Source of the DNA: a virus
Taxonomy: Duplodnaviria > Caudoviricetes
Reading direction: 5' to 3' (one strand)
Length of the DNA stretch: 41,566 nucleotides
IMG/VR virus record: IMGVR_UViG_3300024186_000007
Location: 1 to 41,566 of that record
Part shown: piece by piece, positions 23,014 to 31,167 of the stretch
How positions within the stretch are numbered: the stretch's first letter is position 1
How the letters are laid out: every line of letters begins with the position of its first letter
Made by a program: the position numbers and the translations under genes
The notes under the pieces: generated by a model
Seen by the model: the letters and a program-made list of their open reading frames with translations, nothing else
Databases searched by the model: none
Told to the model about the DNA's origin: nothing

Positions 23014-24993
23014 TCAGGGCATGACCCGGAGGTCGCCGACCAGTCGCGCGGCGCGCGCTATGCGCAGCGTATCGAGGAAACGCAGCCGGTCTTCCCTGCT
23101 GCCGTTCTGCAAATCAGCCTGCAGTGTCTTGATCTGCTCCGGGTTGTACAGGTCACGAGCGAAGGCCCGCACGTCGACCTTGGCGGCCTGGTCGCGCAGA
23201 TAGTTCATGTAATTGCCGCCATACAGCGCCTGCTCGTGGGATGGCATGGCGTGCCACTGGTTGTTGAGCGCTACGGTCATACGTTGCAGCGCGACCCCGG
23301 CTTTTATCATGTCGGCGCCGGCGAGTTCGTGGATGCCGGTATTTGCATTGCCCGACAGCACGGCTGCCATCCGCGCATCCGAACCGGCGGCCACCGGATT
23401 GCCGCTCACGATCTGCGACAGATACTTGTGCAGCGCGTCGTATTCCTTGGTTGAGTCGAAAGGCTCATTGACGACGCCTGTGCTGCGGGCGAGGGCGTTT
23501 GCCCATCCCTTGAATGCGTTCACCTGATCGGTGGTCGGGGCCGTGGTCATGCCGCGACCGTAGAGGGACAGCGCCTGTGTGTAGGGGAAGATCGTCTGCT
23601 GATAGTTTGCCGCGGCGGTGTCGTGCGTTGTCAGTAGTTCCGCCGCCCGCTGGTTCTCGGATGTCTCCTGTATGCCGGGGCCGCGGACAGCATCGCCGGC
23701 AACCTGGGTGCCGCGGGATTGCGAGGCCCGCGCGTTCTGCATTCCCCGTAGAATGGCCGAGACATCGCCGGCAACGGCTGGGGATGGTGGCGATCCCGCG
23801 CCTGTTGAGGGTGCCAATGGATTGATGGACGCCACCGGCACACCTCCCTCCAGCGCCGAGCGAGGTCCCGGCATCATGCTGTCTGTCGGTGCATTCACGC
23901 TGGGTGCGACTGGTGGAGCAGGAGATGCCGGCGCTACGGGAACCGGCGCCACCGGAGCCGCTGTGGCGGGGGCCGCCGCTGGTGCCGCAGGAATTGCCTG
24001 CCCAAACCCGCCGCCGCTGTATGGCGTCCCAGAGCCGCCTGGCGGGGCTGGTGGTGGTCCCCCCTGCTGAACGGCTGGGGGAGCTGGTGGTGCGGCGCTG
24101 CCTGGGACATTGAGACGCGGCGGGTTCGTCGGACTAGCCGGTTGTCCATTGTGTATGACCCCGCCAGTTCCGGCGGAAGGCGCGACGGTGGTGATGCGCG
24201 CGCCTGGCGGCAGGATGCCGGGGAATCCCTGTTCCGTGGTTACATCCGCCAGTGGCCGCGAGACGGTCGCCCCTAGCTTCACGTCAGGATGCCGCCGCAC
24301 ATAGTCCTGGTCGGCTTGGAACGTGACTTGCGTCATCGCCTCACCCGGCGAGAGCGTGCGGTTCACCCCACCGCCCTGCGGCGTGATCCCCCCGGTGTAG
24401 GGACCGGAGGTCAGTCGTGACTGGCCGGAGTATGGCTGGAGGTTTCCGCCAGTGTCGAACGTGCCGGAAGGTCTCGCCTGTTCCAGCACCGTCTGTGCCT
24501 GTAAGCCTCGCGACAGTCCCTGGACGGCAAGCTGTGTATTGGCGCGCGGGTTGTCGCTGACCTGCGCATGCAAAGACTTGGCGAAGTCTGGTGTCCAATA
24601 GCCAAGGGCGACCTGGCGTTCGATGAAAGCATGGGCCGCATCGGCTGGGATGCCGGCGGGATTATCAGCAATCAACTGCCCCATGCCAGCCATGCCGGCA
24701 TTCACGCGAGCGCTGTGCGTCACGTAGGTATTGTGATCGAGCGTCTGGCCTTGCTGCGCGGTCTCCAGCGCTGACATTGCTGCAGTCGGGTTTGCCTTCA
24801 AATTCGAGAGGAAGGCGCTCTGGTTTGGGGTGCCGTCAGGGTTGAGGCTGTTTTGGAACGCCTGCCCTGCCGCCTCCTTAGATTGCTGCTGACGTAGCTG
24901 ATAGACCTTGCCCGCCGCATCGAGCGCCGTGGTCTGCGCTGCCAGCGGGTTGACGACAACCGGCGGTGCCAGGCCGAAGTTCGAGCCACTCAT
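23014..24993 (-). CDS. DNA-ejection protein (gp20 position)
   Basis: Likely start MSGSNFG at 24993 (GAGGA RBS); Ala/Gln/Pro-rich; synteny. Confidence 0.7.
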   Translation of the reverse strand: MSGSNFGLAPPVVVNPLAAQTTALDAAGKVYQLRQQQSKEAAGQAFQNSLNPDGTPNQSAFLSNLKANPTAAMSALETAQQGQTLDHNTYVTHSARVNAGMAGMGQLIADNPAGIPADAAHAFIERQVALGYWTPDFAKSLHAQVSDNPRANTQLAVQGLSRGLQAQTVLEQARPSGTFDTGGNLQPYSGQSRLTSGPYTGGITPQGGGVNRTLSPGEAMTQVTFQADQDYVRRHPDVKLGATVSRPLADVTTEQGFPGILPPGARITTVAPSAGTGGVIHNGQPASPTNPPRLNVPGSAAPPAPPAVQQGGPPPAPPGGSGTPYSGGGFGQAIPAAPAAAPATAAPVAPVPVAPASPAPPVAPSVNAPTDSMMPGPRSALEGGVPVASINPLAPSTGAGSPPSPAVAGDVSAILRGMQNARASQSRGTQVAGDAVRGPGIQETSENQRAAELLTTHDTAAANYQQTIFPYTQALSLYGRGMTTAPTTDQVNAFKGWANALARSTGVVNEPFDSTKEYDALHKYLSQIVSGNPVAAGSDARMAAVLSGNANTGIHELAGADMIKAGVALQRMTVALNNQWHAMPSHEQALYGGNYMNYLRDQAAKVDVRAFARDLYNPEQIKTLQADLQNGSREDRLRFLDTLRIARAARLVGDLRVMP

Positions 24994-25007
24994 TGCGCGG
25001 TCCTCTC

Positions 25008-25817
25008 TTACTGCGGCGTCCACAGCATGTCGGGATTGGCGCCGGAGCCGTAGATGCTCGGCGTCCCGAACGTGGACTGGCTGCCGGTCGGGTTCATGTA
25101 TTTCTGGAATTGGTTATACCCGAGGTAATTCTGCAGCCCCTGGTTCAGCGCGTTACCGGCGTTGGTCAGGCCCTGCGCCTCCGTTTGCCCCGCCGTTGTC
25201 AGCGCATTGCCGGCGTTTTTCGCTGCATCAACCCCCTGCGTGCCCAGCCCCGCCGCAGCGTTGGCGCCAAGTCGCGATGTCTCGAACAGCCGGCTGAACT
25301 GGTTGGTGAGTTGCCCCTGTTGGCCTTCGTTGAGCGCCAGCACATCCTTGAAACGGTTCTGCGCAATGTCGAACTGCGTCTTGTAGGTGGTATCAGCCAG
25401 ACCCTTAGCATACTCAGCCGCGCCCTTGAGGCTCGCACCGCTCACGCCCAACCCACGCGCCGCCGCAGAGCTTTGCGTTGCCTTCAGGTTCTGCGCCAGC
25501 GTGAACTGATAACCGGGCGTCTGCTCCAGTTCCGCCTGCGTCATCCGGGGCGGCAGGTATTGGTTATAGGCCAGATCGACGTAATCCCGCCCGCCGCCGG
25601 TCGGCCCGGCATTGGCCAGCGCCGACAGTCCCGGCAGCGCGCTCGCACCCGCGCCCATGAACGGCGACAGATCCTGCCGCGTCATCAGGTACTGCATTTT
25701 CTGCAGGTTGGCGGCGTCCGACGCGGCTCCCGCAGCTTTGCTGCTGCCAATCATCTGCGAGCCGGCCGATAGTGCAGCCCCTGCAACTGTCGCGGCGGCA
25801 ACCGCTCCAAGGCCCAT
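25008..25817 (-). CDS. DNA-ejection/pilot protein (P22 gp7-like)
   Basis: Gly/Ala-rich N-terminus, LSPFMGAG, TPGYQF, SAAARGLGVSGASLK motifs. Confidence 0.85.
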   Translation of the reverse strand: MGLGAVAAATVAGAALSAGSQMIGSSKAAGAASDAANLQKMQYLMTRQDLSPFMGAGASALPGLSALANAGPTGGGRDYVDLAYNQYLPPRMTQAELEQTPGYQFTLAQNLKATQSSAAARGLGVSGASLKGAAEYAKGLADTTYKTQFDIAQNRFKDVLALNEGQQGQLTNQFSRLFETSRLGANAAAGLGTQGVDAAKNAGNALTTAGQTEAQGLTNAGNALNQGLQNYLGYNQFQKYMNPTGSQSTFGTPSIYGSGANPDMLWTPQ

Positions 25818-25820
25818 GTC

Positions 25821-26870
25821 CTAGCCTCCTAGTTCCAACTGATAGAGTTGCCCGAACTCGCTGGCACCCAACCGGCGAAACAGCGTGCCAAGCCGCGGCC
25901 CGCTGCCGCGATGCCCCGCCCGCATCAGCACACGATGCACACCGCGCGCCTTGAGGTCGTCCAGTGCCGCGCGCTGCGTCTTCAGTCCAAGGCCGGGAAA
26001 CGACGGATCGGCGAAGAAGATCGTCTGCTCGGCCAGCATCTCGTCAGATGAGTCCAAGCTCGGCGCAATCACCGACACCAGATACGAGAACATCCGGCCA
26101 TTGCTGCGCGAGGTGAACACATGCAGGCAGCCGAGGTCGTCCAGGCGCTGCAGCAGCGGCACATTCTTGCGCGCGTGGTCGTCGGGCGACTGTCCGGTCT
26201 GCACCAGGTGCTCAGCGAACAGCGGCTTGGCGTCCTCGTAGAACGTGCGGAATGGCTCGGTCTGAAACGTCACGCCGTCGATTTCGCGGCTGCCCTGCAT
26301 GTTGGCGATCATGCGATGCTTCGCCGTCTTCGCCAGTTGCTGGAGCTGCGTCCCGTGGGCGGCGTAATAGCGCATCAGTTTCGGCAGGCTCTCCTGCACG
26401 TTGATCGGTGCCCATGCCTGCCACCAGTCGTGATCGTGCGGCATGCCGAGGCAGTGCTCGAACACAAGCGCGCACGTCGCCTCGTCGCGCAGCCCCTCGA
26501 ACGTCACCGCCAGAACGTCCGGCAGCCGCGCCGCGACCTGGCGCAGCTTGGCCTCGTGGTGCCGCAGCACCGGGCGCATCACCGCGTCATCGAACGCGAG
26601 CCCGCCACGGCGCAGCGACGCCAGCACCTCGTCCAGCGGGCGGGTCACCGTGACCACCCTCACGCCGGGCTTCAGGAGCCGCCAGAAGGGGGCGGCGGCG
26701 GTTTCGCATGTCCCGGTGCAGGACTGCGCCAGCCAGCTCTCCACGTCCGCCAGGGAGCGGCAGTGGCGCAGTTCGTCGTGGGCACAATGAAACGGCCCGT
26801 AAGAGAGGAACTTACTCAACCAGGCGGAGCGGCTACGCGGCAGCGACAGCACGACGAAAGGCGGTGTCAC
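25821..26870 (-). CDS. Sulfotransferase-like P-loop domain fused to a GNAT-like domain
   Basis: GTGA-coupled start; FVVLSLPRSRSAWLSKFL...CAHDE N-domain; C-domain IFFADPSFPGLGLK...LFRRLGA; lies in the P22 gp14 position before gp7. Confidence 0.65.
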   Translation of the reverse strand: MTPPFVVLSLPRSRSAWLSKFLSYGPFHCAHDELRHCRSLADVESWLAQSCTGTCETAAAPFWRLLKPGVRVVTVTRPLDEVLASLRRGGLAFDDAVMRPVLRHHEAKLRQVAARLPDVLAVTFEGLRDEATCALVFEHCLGMPHDHDWWQAWAPINVQESLPKLMRYYAAHGTQLQQLAKTAKHRMIANMQGSREIDGVTFQTEPFRTFYEDAKPLFAEHLVQTGQSPDDHARKNVPLLQRLDDLGCLHVFTSRSNGRMFSYLVSVIAPSLDSSDEMLAEQTIFFADPSFPGLGLKTQRAALDDLKARGVHRVLMRAGHRGSGPRLGTLFRRLGASEFGQLYQLELGG

Positions 26871-27163
26871 CCGAGCCGTGCCTCCAGCGCCTCGATGCGG
26901 GCGGTCACCTTGGCGACCTCCGTATCCACATACGCCTTGGGCGCGGCCTGCTGCGGCTCGGTCGGCATGACCAGCGGTAGATCGACTGGCACGGGCGGCG
27001 GCGGTTCCGGTGGCAGCGGCGCGGGATCGGGCACGCCACCATCGGCCAGCCACTGATCGTAGGTCTGTCGATCGCGGTTGGCGGGATCGTCAGGGATGTA
27101 GGCTTGATCCAAAACCCTGAGAACAGTATCGGAGTTGTTAAGAAGCTGGTATTCAGCAGCCAT
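26867..27163 (-). CDS. Tail fibre-associated/assembly protein
   Basis: MAAEYQL...AYIPDDPANRDRQTYDQWLADGGVPDP, a motif often found downstream of tail fibres. Confidence 0.7.
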   Translation of the reverse strand: MAAEYQLLNNSDTVLRVLDQAYIPDDPANRDRQTYDQWLADGGVPDPAPLPPEPPPPVPVDLPLVMPTEPQQAAPKAYVDTEVAKVTARIEALEARLG

Positions 27164-27188
27164 ACTGGCCACCATAGAAAGTAACACT

Positions 27189-27722
27189 GTGCCCCGCATT
27201 ACGAGCGTCGCCCCCGAACGTTTCTGGCGCCGTGTAACGATTGCCACCCCAGAGGTCTGCTGGCCGTTTGTGGGGACGCACACCAGCGACGGCTACGGCC
27301 AGATGCAATGGGCCGGGAAAGTCCGCCTCGCGCATCGGATTGCCTATCAGCTTGCGACAAACGTGACCCTCTCCGACGAGCCTAAGTTGCTTCCCGCAAG
27401 CGTCTGCGTGCTGCATATTTGCGATAATCCCTCGTGCTGTAATCCGTCGCATCTCCGGCTTGGCACGCAAGGGGAGAACGTCAGGGACGCCGCCTCCAAA
27501 GGGCGCCTTCGGTTCGGCGATGCCAATACGTCTCGCCTCTATCCGCATCGTCTGGCGCGCGGAGAAACGATTGGCACCGCCAAACTCACCGCAACGGACG
27601 TTCTCACGATTAGAGCACGATCTGAACTCGGCGATACCCAAGCCGGAATTGCCGCCGCTTATGACATTGCCATAAGCACTGTCCAACGCATCATATATCG
27701 GCAGACATGGAAGCATATCTAA
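27189..27722 (+). CDS. HNH homing endonuclease (antisense to the tail operon)
   Basis: RFWRRV...CWPFVG...GYG...AHRIAY...VLHICDNPSCCNPSHLRLGTQGEN; C-terminal HTH AKLT..DV..IR; start GTG 27189 approximate. Confidence 0.9.
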   Translation: MPRITSVAPERFWRRVTIATPEVCWPFVGTHTSDGYGQMQWAGKVRLAHRIAYQLATNVTLSDEPKLLPASVCVLHICDNPSCCNPSHLRLGTQGENVRDAASKGRLRFGDANTSRLYPHRLARGETIGTAKLTATDVLTIRARSELGDTQAGIAAAYDIAISTVQRIIYRQTWKHI

Positions 27723-28783
27723 AGATCCGCCGATGCCGTTACGGTGGCCCACAGTATTGTGGAGCCAGTGACGGTGGCAAAAAAGCTGGCGTAGATCGTT
27801 CCTGGAGTTAGTGAGCCGTAAGCAGGCGTTGATACATTTGTGTTGGTATTAGATGGTGATGCAACTGTCGGACTGGCTCGCATTTGCACAGGCAGAGCTG
27901 TGCTGAGGTAAAAAGAGTTTCCGGCCCCCAGGGTTGATCCGCCGTAAAGCATGCCAGTCCAATAGAACCGCTGGCAGGCGGCGAGCTGTTGCTGCGGCGA
28001 CAGCGCAACCCACGGCGTTGCCACAGATCCAATCTCGAACTTCACTTGCGACAATGTGCCGGTGTTAAACTCGATGGTGGTATTTGTGCCGACCGTCACG
28101 GTACCGCTGACCGGTGACGCGGCATAGCTGCCGGCGCCGATGCGCCCTTGTGCCGTGCCGGTCCATGACAGCGTGTAGGTGCCGCCGATGAGCGATGCGC
28201 CTTCGACCACTTGTTGCAGCGTGCCCGCCGTGATGGTGATGCTGACGGACGGACCTGATGGAGCGGCGAACGTGTAGGTGCAGCCACCGGCACCTGCCTT
28301 CCATCGGTCGTGGCCATAGGCCCCGGCAGCGAGCACAGTGCCACTCACATAGCCGCGCTGGTTGACGGCAAAGCCATTGTTGTCGGCGGTGTTGGCGCCT
28401 GGAATAGCGGCGGCGGTTCCACCCGTGACCGCATTCAGGACATAGGCCGTTGTCGCGATCTGTGTGCTGTTGGTGCCGACCGTTGCTGTCGGTGCGGCCG
28501 GCGTGCCGGTGAAGGTGGGCGAGGCGAGCGGCGCACGGGTAAGGTCGGACGGGTGGATGTGGTCGCCGCGCGAGACGGCTGCCGCAACGCCAGGCGCTGC
28601 CGTGCCGTCCATGATCGGCGCCGCTGCGCTGTAGTTCGGCGTATATGCGGTATTCGCGTAGCTGGCGATCTCAGCCATCGTCGCGGCATACGCCGTGGTC
28701 GATGCACTGCGCGCCAGCGGTAGCTTGTCGGTCGCCGTCAACGTGCCGGGATCGGCGCCCGCACTGATTTTGGTGTCAGCTAT
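27719..28783 (-). CDS. Tail fibre protein (probable AUA start)
   Basis: APLASPTFTGTPAAPT....STQIATTAYV repeat; NGFAVNQRG...DRW...QVKFEIGSVATPW...LAACQRFY...PVQMRASPT; AGGAGG RBS 5 nt before ATA-GCT-GAC-ACC-AAA-ATC. Confidence 0.85.
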   Translation of the reverse strand: MADTKISAGADPGTLTATDKLPLARSASTTAYAATMAEIASYANTAYTPNYSAAAPIMDGTAAPGVAAAVSRGDHIHPSDLTRAPLASPTFTGTPAAPTATVGTNSTQIATTAYVLNAVTGGTAAAIPGANTADNNGFAVNQRGYVSGTVLAAGAYGHDRWKAGAGGCTYTFAAPSGPSVSITITAGTLQQVVEGASLIGGTYTLSWTGTAQGRIGAGSYAASPVSGTVTVGTNTTIEFNTGTLSQVKFEIGSVATPWVALSPQQQLAACQRFYWTGMLYGGSTLGAGNSFYLSTALPVQMRASPTVASPSNTNTNVSTPAYGSLTPGTIYASFFATVTGSTILWATVTASADL

Positions 28784-28792
28784 GGTATCCTC

Positions 28793-29344
28793 CTAGCCCC
28801 AGATCCACGCGCCCGTGCCGTCCTCCAGGCCCCAGCGCCCGGTCGCATCCTCTTTCCCGATGCCCACCGCAGCCGTTGCCGACGTGCCCACGGCGATGTG
28901 CGTGCCGTCGAGCCACGGCATCCCGTTGCCCGGATCCGCTGTCGGCAGGAACGACAGATCGCATCCGGCCCACATCGAGCAGAGCTGAGCGATGGGCACC
29001 AGCAGCGCATCCGCATTCTGCCGCGCCGTCGCCTCGTTGCTGTCGGCCCTTGCCCGGATCGCCGCCTCACGGGTCACCGCTGTGTTGAGCGCGGTATCAG
29101 CCGCCGCGCGCGTTGTCGCTTCGCTCGCCAGCCCGGTCGCCAGCCCGGTGTCCGCGGCAATCCGCGCCGCTTCCTCAGCCGCAAGCTGCGCCTCGAGTTC
29201 CGACGTATCGGACGACTGCCCGACCGCGCCGCCGGTGCGCTGATACAGCGCCAGCAGAAACGCGCGCCAGGCCGGCGTCACCTGTCCGCTGATGGGATCG
29301 ACCAGCGGCGCCGAGGGCACGCCCGTGTTGAGCGCGACGTTCAT
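28793..29344 (-). CDS. Tail coiled-coil protein (needle/gp26-like position)
   Basis: PLVDP.SG.VTPAWRAFL N-terminus; EAARIAAD repeats. Confidence 0.7.
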   Translation of the reverse strand: MNVALNTGVPSAPLVDPISGQVTPAWRAFLLALYQRTGGAVGQSSDTSELEAQLAAEEAARIAADTGLATGLASEATTRAAADTALNTAVTREAAIRARADSNEATARQNADALLVPIAQLCSMWAGCDLSFLPTADPGNGMPWLDGTHIAVGTSATAAVGIGKEDATGRWGLEDGTGAWIWG

Positions 29345-30112
29345 TCAGTTCCCGGTGGCGATCCAGCAGAACGCGGCTGGAATCGGGTGAACGGCATCGT
29401 CCGCCAGCGGGATGCTCGACCAGATATCGAAGCCGTCGGCGTCATAGTTCACCGATAGCCATACCGCGCTAAGGTCGCTGTTCATGAGCTGCGTCACAAC
29501 GGCCGTCGTGGCAGTCGGAAACGGCGCCGGGAAGTCCACCCGGAGATGACCGCTTGAGTCGGTGACGTTCGTGCCAACCTTGAGGCTCGTCGCGCCGAGC
29601 GTCGTGATCTGCGCCTGCAGCGCATTGTCCGCGGCAATCCGCGCCGCTTCCTCAGCGTCGATTTGGCTCTGGAGGTCGTTCTCCTTGTTGGTGGCGCGGG
29701 TGACTTCCGCGGTGATCTGCGTCTGCAGGTTGGCCTCGGCGGCGAGCGCACGATCCGTCTCCACCTGGATCGCGTCCTCGATGCCCAGCAGCGCGCGCGC
29801 ATCGGCCAGTGTCGGCGCCGTGGTGAACGGCAGCAGCGCGTCGGAAATGCCGGTGGAGGTCCAGCCGTCGTACACCAGGTTGCCGTCCGCATCGCGCACG
29901 ATCAGCCGGTAGTCGGCGCTGCCCAGGATGATCGCGCGGCCTGCGGCATCGAGGATCACCGGATTTGTGTTCGCGGCGGCCTTGTCTGGATCGACCCACG
30001 TATCTTTCGGCGTACTGGTCCCTACGACCAGCGTTTGCACCGTACCGCCCGCCAGCGGATGCCCGTCAGCGTCGATGAACTGGATCTGCGGAGGTGGAAG
30101 CGGTAGAGGCAT
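29345..30112 (-). CDS. Tail spike/fibre with N-terminal virion-anchoring domain
   Basis: QFIDADGHPLAGG...GTSTPK.TW.D......NTNPVILDAAGRA.I anchor; coiled coil; C-terminal VDFPAPFPT...WIATGN domain. Confidence 0.8.
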   Translation of the reverse strand: MPLPLPPPQIQFIDADGHPLAGGTVQTLVVGTSTPKDTWVDPDKAAANTNPVILDAAGRAIILGSADYRLIVRDADGNLVYDGWTSTGISDALLPFTTAPTLADARALLGIEDAIQVETDRALAAEANLQTQITAEVTRATNKENDLQSQIDAEEAARIAADNALQAQITTLGATSLKVGTNVTDSSGHLRVDFPAPFPTATTAVVTQLMNSDLSAVWLSVNYDADGFDIWSSIPLADDAVHPIPAAFCWIATGN

Positions 30113-30114
30113 CG

Positions 30115-31167
30115 CTATGTCTTTGCTGCTGTAAGTTCGATCCACGCGCCTTGCAACGCAGTGGGACGCGGACATGACCAGGACAGGCGCCATACGCGAT
30201 CACGCGCGTAGCCCAAGCGCTGCCATTGGACGAATGTCCGATACTCGCCCAGCGCGCCCATCGGCTGGCCCACGGGGCTGCCGAACGAGTGCGCGCGGTC
30301 GTCGCTCCAGTCGAGGAAAATCTGGCACGGCGGCGTCGGGATGGTGCGGACCTGCACGTCGTCTAATGCGAGAAATACCGAAGTGGGTTCCGGGTCCGGC
30401 GGCGACGCCACGCAGGGATCGCCTGGCGCATCGACAAGCGTTGCACCCACCGGCGCGAACGTGCCGCCGGCCGCACCGCGATTGGTCAGGAAGTCACCGG
30501 CGACACCACCCGGTCTGATGCTCTGGTAGATCGTCGGCGCGGTGCCGAACGGAGCGGTGCCGGTGGTTCCGAGATCGACCGGCGTCAGGTCGGCGTTGAT
30601 GAACTTACGGCGGTTGGCGGTGACGCTGAGATCCACGAAAGATGGCGTCTGGCTGAACCACAGATCCGCCAGATAGCCACCTGGCGGGTAACTCTCATCC
30701 GTCACGGTATTCGCCGCGAACGGTATGCCGGCGGTGAACCACGCGGCAGGCGGCGTGGTCGAGCCTAACGGCTGCGCCACGTCGTTGATGTATGCCTGTG
30801 CAACACCCGCGATCAGGTCGAAGCTGAACAGCACATGCCCCTGGCAGGTGGGCCAGGAGGCGACATCGGACGCCCAACTGAATGCGGTCATGCTGCCAGG
30901 CGAGTTCTGTCGGACCACGCTGATCGACACGCTGTTGTTGTTATCGATGCCGACGCCGAAATCCCAGTAGATCGAGCCGGTTGGCGTGTCGCTGACACCG
31001 ACGTTGAACGAGTGATGCCCTGACGTGGTGAACAGGGGATCGGACAGCCACACCGACCAGACGCCGCAGACGAGGTTGCCGCTGAACACCGGGCCGGCAG
31101 GCCGCTCCAGCGTGGGAGCGCCGCCGCTGGATCGCCGCATCAGCAGCGGGTTCAGCGCATACGGCAC
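30115..31167 (-). CDS. Beta-sandwich (lectin-like) domain fused to the C-terminal segment of the gp10-like hub
   Basis: GTG start overlapping the TAG of the upstream gene; ends QIFLDWSDDRAHSFG...GEYRT..QWQRLGYARDRVWRLS, the usual gp10 C-terminus. Confidence 0.72.
   Translation of the reverse strand: MPYALNPLLMRRSSGGAPTLERPAGPVFSGNLVCGVWSVWLSDPLFTTSGHHSFNVGVSDTPTGSIYWDFGVGIDNNNSVSISVVRQNSPGSMTAFSWASDVASWPTCQGHVLFSFDLIAGVAQAYINDVAQPLGSTTPPAAWFTAGIPFAANTVTDESYPPGGYLADLWFSQTPSFVDLSVTANRRKFINADLTPVDLGTTGTAPFGTAPTIYQSIRPGGVAGDFLTNRGAAGGTFAPVGATLVDAPGDPCVASPPDPEPTSVFLALDDVQVRTIPTPPCQIFLDWSDDRAHSFGSPVGQPMGALGEYRTFVQWQRLGYARDRVWRLSWSCPRPTALQGAWIELTAAKT

Noticed and set aside
27153-27752. 199-aa minus-strand ORF bridging the fibre and its partner gene
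   Set aside because: Antisense shadow of the motif-complete HNH gene.
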